Shown: positions 1-11,917 of the stretch, in pieces | Layout: each line of letters starts with the position of its first letter | How positions within the stretch are numbered: position 1 is the first letter of the stretch | NCBI RefSeq assembly: GCF_046119375.1 | Contig: NW_027362767.1 | Span: forward strand, 403,868,001-403,932,000 | From: Phyllobates terribilis | Lineage: Eukaryota | Direction: 5' to 3' | Length of the DNA stretch: 64,000 bases | Made by a program: the position numbers and the translations under genes | Notes under the pieces: generated by a model | Told to the model about the DNA's origin: nothing | What the model saw: only the letters and a program-made list of their open reading frames with translations | Databases searched by the model: none

Positions 1-21
1 GATTGTCAGGTACCCGGGGAT
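1..21 (-). CDS. SARS2: SARS2 exon 4, 5' part (continues beyond window start)
   Basis: Polypyrimidine tract plus AG (plus-strand CT at 22-23), then IPGYLTI, which aligns with recalled human DPKYQGL; phase 0 matches exon 3. Confidence 0.75.
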
Positions 22-55
22 CTAAAGCACAAAGGTAAAATAAGGAGGAGAAATA

Positions 56-1637
56 CACTGCTCAAAAAAATAAAGGGAACACTTAAACAACAGAATATAA
101 CTCCAAGTAAATCAAACTTCTGCGAAATCAAACTGTCCACTTAGGAAGCAACACTGATTGACAATCAATTTCACATGCTGTTGTGCAAATGGAATAGACA
201 ATAGATGGAAATTATTGGCAATTCTCAAGACACCCTCAATAAAGGAGTGGTTCTGCAGGTGGGGACCACAGACCACATCTCAGTACCAATGCTTTCTGGC
301 TGATGTTTTGGTCACTTTTGAATGTTGGTTGTGCTTTCACACTCGTGGTAGCATGAGACGGACTCTACAACCCACAGAAGTTGCTCAGGTAGTGCAGCTC
401 ATCCAGGATGGCACATCAATGTGAGCTGTGGCAAGAAGGTTTGCTGTGTCTGTCAGCGTAGTGTCCAGAGGCTGGAGGCGCTACCAGGAGACAGGCCAGT
501 ATACCAGGAAACGTGGAGGGGGCTGTAGGAGGGCAACAACCCGGCAGCAGGACCGCTACCTCCGCCTTTGTGCAAGGAGGAACAGGAGGAGCACTGCCAG
601 AGCCCTGCAAAATGACCTCCAGCAGGCCACAAATGTGCATGTGTCTGCACAAAAGGTTAGAAACCGACTCCATGAGGGTGGTATGAGGGCCCGATGTCCA
701 CAGATGGGGGTTGTGCTCGCAGCCCAACGCCGTGCAGGACGCTTGGCATTTGCCACAGAACACCAGGATTGGCAAAGTTGCCACTGGCGCCCTGTGCTCT
801 TCACAGATGAAAGCAGGTTCACACTGAGCACATGTGACAGACGTGACAGAGTCTGGAGACGCAGTGGAGAGCGATCTGCTGCCTGCAACATCCTTCAGCA
901 TGACCGGTTTGGCAGTGGGTCAGTAATGGGGTGGGGTGGCATTTCTTTGGAGGGCCGCACAGCCCTCCATGTGCTCGCCAGAGGTAGCCTGACTGCCATT
1001 AGGTACCGAGATGAGATCCTCAGACCCCTTGTGAGACCATATGCTGGTGCGGTTGGCCCTGGGTTCCTCCTAATGCACGACAATGCCAGACCTCATGTGG
1101 CTGGAGTGTGTCAGCAGTTCCTGCAAGATGAAGGCATTGAAGCTATGGACTGGCCCGCCCGTTCCCCTGACCTGAATCCGATTGAGCACATCTGGGACAT
1201 CATGTCTCGCTCCATCCACCAACGTCACGTTGCACCACAGACTGTCCAGGAGTTGGCGGATGCTTTAGTCCAGGTCTGGGAGGAGATCCCACAGGAGACC
1301 ATCCGCAACCTCATCAGGAGCATGCCCAGGCGTTGTAGGGAGGTCATACAGGCACGTGGAGGCCACACACAATTCTGAGCCTCATTTTCACTTGTTTTAA
1401 GGACATTACATCAAAGTTGGATCAGCCTGTAGTGTGTTTTTCCACTTTAATTTTGGGGGTGACTCCAAATCCAGGCCTCCATTGGTTAATAAATGTGATT
1501 TCCATTGATGATTTTTGTGTGATTTTGTTGTCAGCACATTCAACTTTGTATAGAACAAAAGTATCGAATGAGAATATTTCATTCATTCAGATCTAGGATG
1601 TGTTATTTCAGTGTTCCCTTTATTTTTTTGAGCAGTG
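56..1637 (+). mobile_element. Tc1-family DNA transposon, full length
   Basis: Perfect 28-bp TIRs (CACTGCTCAAAAAAATAAAGGGAACACT), TA target duplication at 54-55 and 1638-1639, internal transposase. Confidence 0.97.
353..1378 (+). pseudogene. Tc1 transposase (DD34E) with one in-frame stop
   Basis: [15 protein letters not shown] start at 353 is in frame with the 428-1378 ORF; TGA at 422-424 (likely CGA>TGA). FTDESRF, HDNARPH and SPDLNPIE motifs; 34 residues between second D and E. Confidence 0.93.
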
Positions 1638-1892
1638 TATGATTACAGCCATGCTGGGACTGGTGGTCCCCCATGTCTCATATGTAATTCCTTACTCCCG
1701 CCATGTACTCCTTCTATTTGTGACCCCAGAGATCAGCCGTTCTGCCCTCCAACCCCATCACTCTTATGTCTGGCTGTCAGGCTACCGGCTGCAGCAGGAG
1801 CTCTCCCCCATCGCAGAGCCTGCTATGGACAAGATGCTAAACTCCGCCTCCTCTGATGCCCCGCCCCTTCATAGGAGACTGCAGATACTTAC

Positions 1893-1922
1893 CGACGGCA
1901 GATTCTGACGATCGTGTGTGAG
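1893..1922 (-). CDS. SARS2: SARS2 exon 3 (30 nt, LTHDRQNLPS)
   Basis: Flanked by a polypyrimidine-CAG acceptor and GTAAGT donor; phase 0/0; fits the ~10-residue gap between exon 2 and exon 4 matches to the human protein. Confidence 0.8.
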
Positions 1923-2094
1923 CTGAGGGGAAAAGAGGGAGAATTAGGAAATGTACTACATGTGTGCTGCACAGGCCGCTCCATATTACTACACAGACTC
2001 CTCTGCCAAAGAAATACAGACATTTTCTACCCACACAGCAGATTTCACCCTCAAATACCCCTCATCCTACCAGTGTAATAATCAGCCCGTACAA

Positions 2095-3135
2095 TATATA
2101 ACCATATACGGCGAGCTCCCCCTTGTGGTGGCCGCATAAATCCGTATACAGCGAGTTCCCCCTAGTGGTGGCCGTATAAATCCGTAAACAGCGAGCACCC
2201 CCTAGTGGTGGCTGTATAAATCCATATGCAGTGATCTCCCCCTAGTGGTGGCTGTATAAATCCATATGCAGTAATCTCCCTCTAGTGGTGGCCGTATAAA
2301 TCCGTATACAGCGAGTACCCCCTAGTGGTGGCTGTATACATCCATATGCAGTGATCTCCCCCTAGTGGTGGCGGTACAAATCCGTATACAGCGAGCACCC
2401 CCTAGTGGTGGCCGTATAAATCCGTATACAGCGAGCACCCCCTAGTGGTGGCCGCATAAATCCGTATACAGCGAGCACCCCCTAGTGGTGGCCGTATAAA
2501 TCCATATACAGCGAGCACCCTCTAGTGGTGGCCGTATAAATCCATATACAGCGAGCACCCCCTAGTGGTGGCCGTATAAATCCATATACAGTGAGCACCC
2601 CCTAGTGGTGGCCGTATAAATCCATATGCAGCAAACTCCCCCTAGTGGTGGCCGTACAAATCCGTATACAGCGAGCACCCCCTAGTGGTGGCCGTATAAA
2701 TCCATATACAGCGAGCACCCTCTAGTGGTGGCCGTATAAATCCATATACAGCGAGCACCCCCTAGTGGTGGCCGTATAAATCCATATACAGTGAGCACCC
2801 CCTAGTGGTGGCCGTATAAATCCATATGCAGCAAACTCCCCCTAGTGGTGGCCGTACAAATCCGTATACAGCGAGCACCCCCTAGTGGTGGCTGTATAAA
2901 TCCGTATACAGCGAGCTCTCCCTAGTGGTGGCTGTATAAATCCATATGCAGTGATCTCCCCCTAGTGGTGGCTGTATAAATCCATATACAGTGATCTCCC
3001 CCTAGTGGTGGCTGTATAAATCCATATACAGTGCGCTCCCCCTAGTGGAAGCTGTATAAATCCATATACAGTGAGCTCCCCCTAGTGGTAGCTGTATAAA
3101 TCCATATACAGTGAGCTCCCCCTAGTGGTGGCTGC
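2095..3135. repeat. 40-bp minisatellite, about 26 units
   Basis: Unit ATAAATCCGTATACAGCGAGCACCCCCTAGTGGTGGCCGT repeats every 40 nt from about 2121 to 3121. Confidence 0.97.
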
Positions 3136-3249
3136 ATGTAGTCAGCATTCCAACTCAATGGTACTGTGAATGGAAGCAGAGGATTACATATGAATAAGTC
3201 GATACACTGTGTATACAAATCACTGACATCTGGTGCCCAAAACACTCAC

Positions 3250-3345
3250 CGTCATTTCCTTGACTTCATTGGCCACTTGTGATTTCTCCTCCTCCAGGCT
3301 GTGAATGTCTCGTCTTAATGTCTGCAGCTCTTCCCAGATCTCCAC
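3250..3345 (-). CDS. SARS2: SARS2 exon 2 (96 nt)
   Basis: VEIWEELQTLRRDIHSLEEEKSQVANEVKEMT resembles human [32 protein letters not shown]; AG and GTGAGT boundaries, phase 0/0. Confidence 0.92.
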
Positions 3346-3772
3346 CTGCGAGGACAGAAAGAGCGGAGGACGTCACCGACAGCCCCTAGCACGTCTATTA
3401 CAGCTATGCACAGGGTCGGCCATACATGTACGATCGCCATGAGCCCCACCGCGGGTCTATCCATTTCTATAGGGCCGGCAGAAGCAGCTCAGCCCTGCAC
3501 TGGGCTCCTCAGGTCAGTCCCATAGACGGTGAATGGAGCTGAACCCATTCCTCCACCATGGATGGCGGCTGTGCGATACAGACAGCACCTGCCTCCACCA
3601 CAGCTTAAATGCCGCTCAATCACGGGCACTTGTGTGCTGCAATCCTGGAGCAGAGATGACTGGACTGCAATACTGTACGATACAGGTAAAAAGTGATCAA
3701 ATGATCGCAGGTTCAAGGCCCCTATGGAGACTAGAAAGAGAAAACGTCAGCACTCCCAAATCTGGACTAACT

Positions 3773-6422
3773 ATCCACATCGTATTACCCTGGCTGCTGC
3801 ATCATTCCCCTTATCATTACTGACTGTATAAATCTGTATGTAGAGAGCTCCCCCTAGTGGTGGGTGTATTACCCTGGCTGCTGCATCACTCCCCTTATCA
3901 TTACTGACTGTATAAATCTGTATGTAGAGAGCTCCCCCTAGTGGTGGGTGTATTACCCTGGCTGCTGCATCATTCCCCTTATCATTACTGACTGTATAAA
4001 TCTGTATGTAGAGAGCTCCCCCTAGTGGATGGTGCATTACCCTGGCTGCTGCATCATTTCCCTTATCATTACTGATTGTATAAATCTGTATGTAGAGATC
4101 TCCCCCTAGTGGTGGGTGTATTACCCTGGCTGCTGCGTCACTCCCCTTATCATTACTGACTGTATAAATCTGTATGTAGAGAGCTCCCCCTAGTGGTGGG
4201 TGTATTACCCTGGCTGCTGCATCATTCCCCTTATCATTACTGACTGTATAAATCTGTATGTAGAGAGCTCCCCCTAGTGGTGGGTGTATTATCCTGGCTG
4301 CTGCATCATTCCCCTTATCATTACTGACTGTATAAATCTGTATGTAGAGAGCTCCCCCTAGTGGTGGGTGTATTACCCTGGCTGCTGAATCATTCCCTTT
4401 ATCATTACTGACTGTATAAATCTGTATGTAGAGAGCTCCCCCTAGTGGATGGTGTATTACCCTTGCTGCTGCATCATTCCCCTTATCATTACTGACTGTA
4501 TAAATCTGTATGTAGAGAGCTCCCCCTAGTGGTGGGTGTATTATCCTGGCTGCTGCATCACTCTCCTTATCATTACTGACTGTATAAATCTGTATGTAGA
4601 GAGCTCCCCCTAGTGGTGGGTGTATTACCCTGGCTGCTGCGTCACTCCCCTTATCATTACTGACTGTATAAATCTGTATGTAGAGAGCTCCCCCTAGTGG
4701 TGGGTGTATTATCCTGGCTGCTGCATCACTCCCCTTATCATTACTGACTGTATAAATCTGTATGTAGAGAGCTCCCCCTAGTGGTGGGTGTATTACCCTG
4801 GCTGCTGCATCATTCCCCTTATCATTACTGACTGTATAAATCTGTATGTAGAGAGCTCCCCCTAGTGGTGGGTGTATTATCCTGGCTGCTGCATCACTCC
4901 CCTTATCATTACTGACTGTATAAATCTGTATGTAGAGAGCTCCCCCTAGTGGTGGGTGTATTACCCTGGCTGCTGCATCACTCCCCTTATCATTACTGAC
5001 TGTATAAATATATATGTAGAGAGCTCCCCCTAGTGGTGGGTGTATTATCCTGGCTGCTGCATCATTCCCCTTATCATTACTGACTGTATAAATCTGTATG
5101 TAGAGAGCTCCCCCTAGTGGTGGGTGTATTACCCTGGCTGCTGCATCATTCCCCTTATCATTACTGACTGTATAAATCTGTATGTAGAGAGCTCCCCCTA
5201 GTGGATGGTGTATTACCCTGGCTGCTGCATCATTTCCCTTATCATTACTGATTGTATAAATCTGTATGTAGAGATCTCCCCCTAGTGGTGGGTGTATTAC
5301 CCTGGCTGCTGCGTCACTCCCCTTATCATTACTGACTGTATAAATCTGTATGTAGAGAGCTCCCCCTAGTGGTGGGTGTATTACCCTGGCTGCTGCATCA
5401 TTCCCCTTATCATTACTGACTGTATAAATCTGTATGTAGATAGCTCCCCCTAGTGGTGGGTGTATTATCCTGGCTGCTGCATCATTCCCCTTATCATTAC
5501 TGACTGTATAAATCTGTATGTAGAGAGCTCCCCCTAGTGGTGGGTGTATTACCCTGGCTGCTGAATCATTCCCTTTATCATTACTGACTGTATAAATCTG
5601 TATGTAGAGAGCTCCCCCTAGTGGTGGGTGTATTACCCTTGCTGCTGCATCATTCCCCTTATCATTACTGACTGTATAAATCTGTATGTAGAGAGCTCCC
5701 CCTAGTGGATGGTGTATTATCCTGGCTGCTGCATCACTCTCCTTATCATTACTGACTGTATAAATCTGTATGTAGAGAGCTCCCCCTAGTGGTGGGTGTA
5801 TTACCCTGGCTGCTGCGTCACTCCCCTTATCATTACTGACTGTATAAATCTGTATGTAGAGAGCTCCCCCTAGTGGTGGGTGTATTATCCTGGCTGCTGC
5901 ATCACTCCCCTTATCATTACTGACTGTATAAATCTGTATGTAGAGAGCTCCCCCTAGTGGTGGGTGTATTACCCTGGCTGCTGCATCATTCCCCTTATCA
6001 TTACTGACTGTATAAATCTGTATGTAGAGAGCTCCCCCTAGTGGTGGGTGTATTATCCTGGCTGCTGCATCACTCCCCTTATCATTACTGACTGTATAAA
6101 TCTGTATGTAGAGAGCTCCCCCTAGTGGTGGGTGTATTACCCTGGCTGCTGCATCATTCCCCTTATCATTACTGACTGTATAAATCTGTATGTAGAGAGC
6201 TCCCCCTAGTGGTGGGTGTATTACCCTGGCTGCTGCATCACTCCCCTTATCATTACTGACTGTATAAATCTGTATGTAGAGAGCTCCCCCTAGTGGTGGG
6301 TGTATTACCCTGGCTGCAGAATCATTCCCCTTATCATTACTGACTGTATAAATCTGTATGTAGAGAGCTCCCCCTAGTGGATGGTATATTACCCTGGCTG
6401 CTGCATCATTCCCCTTATCATT
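3773..6422. repeat. 84-bp minisatellite, about 31 units
   Basis: Unit GTATTACCCTGGCTGCTGCATCATTCCCCTTATCATTACTGACTGTATAAATCTGTATGTAGAGAGCTCCCCCTAGTGGTGGGT; same phase at 3841 and 6361 (30 x 84). Confidence 0.97.
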
Positions 6423-7018
6423 AGGTGATTACTGACGTCTTATGACCTCCGCCTCTCCCTTTGGTTTTTTGTTACTGTTTACATATTGTTACTTTTTAAA
6501 AATTCAAATATTTAAATTTTGAAAAAATAAATAAATTGAATTTAAAATGAAGACAGCTGGAATCAGTGCGTCCGAAAGAGTCCGATCCATCCAGACAGAA
6601 AGTGATCGAACCTGCCCGGGAAACACCAGAAAGAAGAAGAAATCAAAACAAGAGAATGGCAGGTTATTCCTTCACCGCATCTCCCTAATAAAAACATCAA
6701 CATGTTCTATAAACCTCAAAGTGCATCAATAAAAATGTCAGATCGCCACCAAAAAACGAGCAGGAAAAGAAATTATATCTATCACAGAACTCAAGCAGTA
6801 GCCCAGGAAAAAAAATCATAAAAAGTTAAGGTTTTTTTTTTTGTTTCATTAAAAACAAAATATATATATTGTGTCTGACAGTAATTGTCTGGAGAATCCC
6901 ATTTCCAGGTCATTGCGGCCCCTGCTGGTCACATTGCGGTACTACACGTAGTTCCATGTTCCACTAGTAGCGGAGCAGAGCGCCCTCTGGTGTCCGGATC
7001 AGGCAGCTATTCTCTCAC

Positions 7019-7261
7019 CAGCGCCCGCAGTTCTCCCTCCGGGGGTCTCCCCGGTCTCCTCTCAGACAGTTCACGCTCCGCAGCATCTATGTCCCGGCTC
7101 AGGGTGTCCATATCCAGCTGAGGGCGGCTGCAGTAACCTTCCCGCACATAGTCGTACAGCCGGCTGGGAGGCGCCGACTCTCCGGTGCTCAGAGCCCGCA
7201 CCCCTGAGAGTCCCCGGCATACCGAACGGACACATAACCGGAGCAGCATGCGGGCCGCCAT
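7019..7261 (-). CDS. SARS2: Mitochondrial seryl-tRNA synthetase, coding exon 1
   Basis: Arg-rich presequence MAARMLLRLCVRSVCRG, then LYDYVREGYCSRPQLDMD similar to human LLYEYAREGYSALPQLDIE; GTGAGA donor at 7018; head-to-head with MRPS12 as in human. Confidence 0.93.
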
Positions 7262-7500
7262 CTTTCAGTGTTGGAAAGTGAGCCGTCCAATCAGGAAGTA
7301 GCATGGGGTCAAACTGACCAATCAGGAGACCGGAGGCGATTCAGTTAATTACGACGAACCAATCAAACGATTTGATTTCCGCCGACTTAATAACTGACCA
7401 ATCCGGAGCCCCTGTTATTGGACAAAGCCAATGATAATGTCGCTGTCACTGGGATTGTCCAATCAGACATCAGGGCGGAGTTAGTGACCCGGAAGTGCCC
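7262..7500. promoter_or_regulatory. SARS2/MRPS12 bidirectional promoter
   Basis: CCAAT at 7287, 7318, 7359, 7398, 7428, 7459 and reverse ATTGG at 7417; GC box 7473-7480; ETS CCGGAAGTG 7489-7497; YY1-like GCCGCCATCTT overlapping the SARS2 ATG. Confidence 0.88.
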
Positions 7501-7541
7501 GCACATGCTGCACTCTGTGTGCTCTGGCTCTGCTGCTCAAG
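7495..7541 (+). other. MRPS12: MRPS12 non-coding exon 1 (5' end approximate)
   Basis: Strong donor AAG|GTGAGT at 7541/7542 just downstream of the promoter motifs; TSS not determinable. Confidence 0.65.
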
Positions 7542-8652
7542 GTGAGTGCGGTGCACGGGCAGGGTGTGCTGGGACTTGTGGTTCTATCAGTCAGCAAATG
7601 TCCCCTCCACCGGGCGCGCTGTCACTTTAACCCCTTTACAACCCAAGGCTGTTTGCACGTTAATGACCGGGCCAATTTTTACAATTCTGACCACTGTCAC
7701 TTTATGAGGTAATTACTCTGGAACGCTTCAAGGGATCCCCCTGATTCTGAGACTGTTTTTTCGTGACATATTGTACTTCATGATTGTGGTAAAATTTCTT
7801 CGATATCACTTGCGTTTATTTGTGAAAAAAATCGGTAATTTGGTGAAAAATTTGAACATTTTGCAATTTTATGCCCTTAAATCAGAGCGATATGTCACAC
7901 AAAATAGTTAATAAATAACATTTCCCACATGTCTACTTTACATCAGCACAATTTTGGAACCAATTTTTTTTTTTGTTAGGGAGCTATAAGGGTTCAAAGT
8001 TGACCAGCGATTTCTCATTTTTCCAACAAAATTTACAAAACCATTTTTTTTTAGGGACCACATCATATTTGAAGTCACTTTGAGGGGTCTATATGACAGA
8101 AAATACCCAAAAGTGACACCATTCTAACAACTGCACCCCTCAAGGTGCTCAAAACCACATTCAAGAACTTTATTAACCCTTCAGGTGCTTCACAGGAATT
8201 TTTGGAATGTGGAAGAAAAAAATTAACTTAACTTTTTTCACAAAAATGTTACTTTAGACCCAATTTTTTTTATTTTCCCAGGGGTAACAATGGGCCCCAA
8301 AATTTGTTGTGCATTTTCCCCTGAGCACGCAGATACCCCATATGTGGGGAAAAAACACTGTTTGGGCGCACGGCAGGGTTCGGAAGGGAAGGAGAGCCAT
8401 TTGACTTTTTGAATGTAAAATTTGCTTGAATAATTAGCGAACGCCATGTTGCGTTTGGGGAGCCCCTGATGTGCCTAAGCCTAAACAGTGGAAACCCCCC
8501 CACAAGTGACACCATTTTGGAAACTAGACCCCTCAGGGAACTTATCTAGATGTGTGTTGAGCACCTTGAACCCCCAGGTGCTTCACAGAAGTTTATAACA
8601 TGGAGCCGTGAAAATAAAAAAATCAAACTTTTTCCACAAAAATGATGTTTAA

Positions 8653-9498
8653 GGCTATGTGCCCACGATGCAGAAATGAAGCAGAAAATTTCTGCAGCAT
8701 TTCTGCATCTCCCTGGCAGAAAAAACGCATGCAGATTGTGCATGCGGATTGTACATGTGGATTGTGCATGCGTTTTTCCTGCAGAATACATGCGGATTCA
8801 CATGCGTTTCCGCATGCAGATTGACAAGCGCTTTCCAGGCGATAGCATCACTTGGAAAGTGCTTGACAACTAGGTTACACTGTATAAATCCATGCAAACA
8901 GCATGGATTTATACAGTGTGAACCGTAAAAATTAAAACAAATAAAGCTATACTCACCCCCGAGGCCCCGGCGTGGCTGCAGCGCTGCTTCCTGGCTGGTT
9001 CCCGGCATATCGCGAGACAGAGTGGTGAAGGGCCTGCGGTCACATGACTGTGACGTCACCGAAGATCCTTCAGCGCTGCTGGCATTCAAAGAGAAGCCTC
9101 CGGAAAGGTGAGTATAAACTTTATTTGTTATTTTATTCTTTTTTTACAGGTACAATGGTACCCAGGTCTGGATGAGAGTCTTCTCTCCTCCAGAACTGGG
9201 TACCATCCGCACATAGAGATGCATAGAAGCCACTTGTAAAAATGTACAGTCGCGGTTTCTGTGCGTCTCAATGCAAGTCAGTGGCAGGAGTTCCGCTGCG
9301 CTTCCACAAAATTAAATGACATGCTGCGGATTTTTGTACGCAGCATAAACGCTGCGGAAAAATCTGCAGCATGTGCATAGAACATGCGGAATCCCCTTGG
9401 GGACCATGGGGTGCGGATTACCTAGCGTTTAACAAGCGTTTCCACTGCGGAAAATCCGCAGCAAAAACGCTTGTAATCCGCAACGTGGGCACGCAGCC
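8653..9498. mobile_element. Harbinger/Tourist-like MITE
   Basis: TIR GGCTATGTGCCCACG / CGTGGGCACGCAGCC with TAA and TTA flanks; internal TGCGGATT/CATGC repeats. Confidence 0.7.
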
Positions 9499-9873
9499 TT
9501 AGCCCCAATTTTTTTATTTTCACAAGGGTAAGAGGAGAAAATGGACCCCAAAAACTTTTGTGCAATGTCTCCTGAGTGCGCCAATACCCCATATGTGGGG
9601 AAAATACAGTGTTTGGGCGCACGGCAGGGTTTAGAAGGGAAGGAGCACTGTGTGACTTTTTGAACGCAAAATTGTCTGGAATCGAGAGCGGATGCCATGT
9701 CGGGTTTGGAGAGCCCCTGATGTGCCTAAATATTGGAAACCCCCCACAAGTGACCCCATTTTGGAAACTACACCCTTCAAGGATTTTATCATGGTGTATA
9801 GTGAACATTTTGAACGCAGAGGTACGACACAAAATTTGATAATATTAGGTCATCATATTGAATAAGTTGTCAT

Positions 9874-10124
9874 TAGTCTTGAGCTCAAGTGCTCGCTACT
9901 TGAGTTTTCATCGGGTACTCAGGCATGCACCATGTATCACGGGTGCTTGAGTCCCCACCCACATGTTTTTATCCCAAAAAAAACATGCGTGGGATCGCTC
10001 GTGCATGGCAGGCAATCCCCGCGAGGTATTTTTGGCCACGAAGCATATGGAACTCGAGCACCCGCGATACTCAATGCATACCCGAGCACCCGATGCCAAC
10101 TCAGGTGGTGAGAGCTCAACACTA
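9874..10124. mobile_element. hAT-type MITE
   Basis: TAGTCTTGAGC / GCTCAACACTA termini with near-identical 8-bp TSD (GTTGTCAT / GTTGCCAT). Confidence 0.75.
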
Positions 10125-11917
10125 GTTGCCATATCGTCCTCTTTTTTTTTTTTTTTTTTTTTTTACTTTTGAAAAAAATCCTAACCCTAACCCAAGAGTT
10201 CATTTTTTACGCCGTTCCTCGTGCGGTATAAGTGATTAGACGACCTCATTCTTCGGGTCGGTGTGATTACAGAGATACCAGAATATCGTTTTTTTATGAT
10301 TGACAGCTGTCACACACTAAAAGACGCATTTTTTGTAAAATCTAGTTTTTGCATCGCCATATTTTGAGAGCTATAATTTTTCCATATTTTGGCCGACAGT
10401 CATGTGATGGCTTGTTTTTTGCGGGATGAGTTGACGTTGTTATTGGTGCCATTTTCAGGCACGTGACATTTTTTGATTCCGATTTTTGGGAGGCAGAATA
10501 AACAAAAACCAACAATTCAGGAATTGATTTTTTTTTTTAATTTTTTTATTCTGTTCCGCGTGTGGTAAAATTGATAAGGAAGCTTTATTCTTCGGGTCAG
10601 TACGTTTACAGCGGTACCACATTTATATAGTTTTTCTATGTTTTGGCGCTTTTACACAATAAAAGCTATTTTATTGAAAAAAATATTTTTTTGCATCGCT
10701 TTATTCTGAGAGCTGGAACTTTTTTATTTTTCGGCTGATGGAGCTGTATGGCGGCTTGTTTTTTGCGGGACAAGATGACATTTTCAACGATACCATTTTT
10801 ATTTATATTCGTCTTTTTGATCGCGTGTTATTCCATTTTTTGTTTGGCGGTATGGTGATAAAGCATTGTTTTTTGCTTCGTTTTTTATTTATATTTTTTA
10901 CCGTATTCACTGAAGGGGATAACTAGTGGGAAAATTTTATAGGTCAGGTCGTTCTGGATGCGGCAATACCAAATATGTGTACTTTTATTGTTTTTTTTTT
11001 TTTCATAATATTTATTGATGGGTACATTATATTTTTATTTTTGATGGATTTTTTAAAAATATTTTTACGACTTTTTTTATTTTTTTTTCACTTTCTGGAA
11101 GTTTTTTTACTTTTATACTTTGTCCCACTATGGGACTTTCACTTTTTTTTATTCTGATCGCCTGCATAGCACAGTAATGGAGCACCATACCTGTGCTATG
11201 CAGGCTGTCAGCGCTGCACAGGGAGAAGATAGTTTGGAGATGCACTGCGCATGACCAAAATATCTTCCTGATGTCTGGTGACCCGGATGTTGTCATGACG
11301 ACATCGGGTCGTCATGGCAACATCCGGGAAGCCGCGGCAGACATCGCTTGAGGCCGGAAGAGGAGGTGAGTATTGCGATCACCTCCCCTTGCCACTGCAA
11401 TGCTGCGATCGACTTCGATCGCAGCATTGCGGGGGTTAATGTGCCGGACCGCTCCCTGCACATTGTCACAGCTGACACCTGGTGGCGATCGTGCCCGCAC
11501 AGCCTGTGTGCGGGCGCGATCGCCATGACCTACTATTCCGTACCTGGCTCTTAAGTCCCAGGGCGCAGATACGGAATAGTACGTCATGGGCTTTAAAGGG
11601 GTTAATTAACCCCTTTATGACCAGGCAATTTTCAATGTTTTTGTTCTTTTGTTGTTTTTTTTTTTCCCGTCCCCAGAGCAGTATGAGGACTTGTGTTTTT
11701 TTTTTTTTGCAGGATGAGTTGTAGTTTTCAGTGAGACGATTCAATTTACCAAATAATGTAGTAAATAAATCTGGAGAAAGAAAGTGCAGGGAAATGGAGA
11801 AAAAACTGTAACTCCGCCATTGATTTTTGGGTTTAGTTCTTATGGCGAGCATTGTGCGGTAAATTGTGCCTGGAAATACCATTCTCCAGGACGGCAGAGG
11901 CGATAACATTGTTATAA

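Larger units (their letters stand above)
7631..11601. mobile_element. piggyBac-like non-autonomous element with nested insertions
   Basis: TTAA-CCCCTTTA ... TAAAGGGG-TTAA termini; a second TTAA-CCCCTTTA element starts directly after at 11610. Confidence 0.65.

Noticed and set aside
416-901. Antisense ORFs over Tc1, gag/pol and DIRS sequences
   Set aside because: Shadow frames of real coding sequence with no independent motifs.
2095-6422. CRISPR-like appearance of regular repeats
   Set aside because: Units are contiguous with no unique spacers, there are no cas genes, and the context is a eukaryotic intron.
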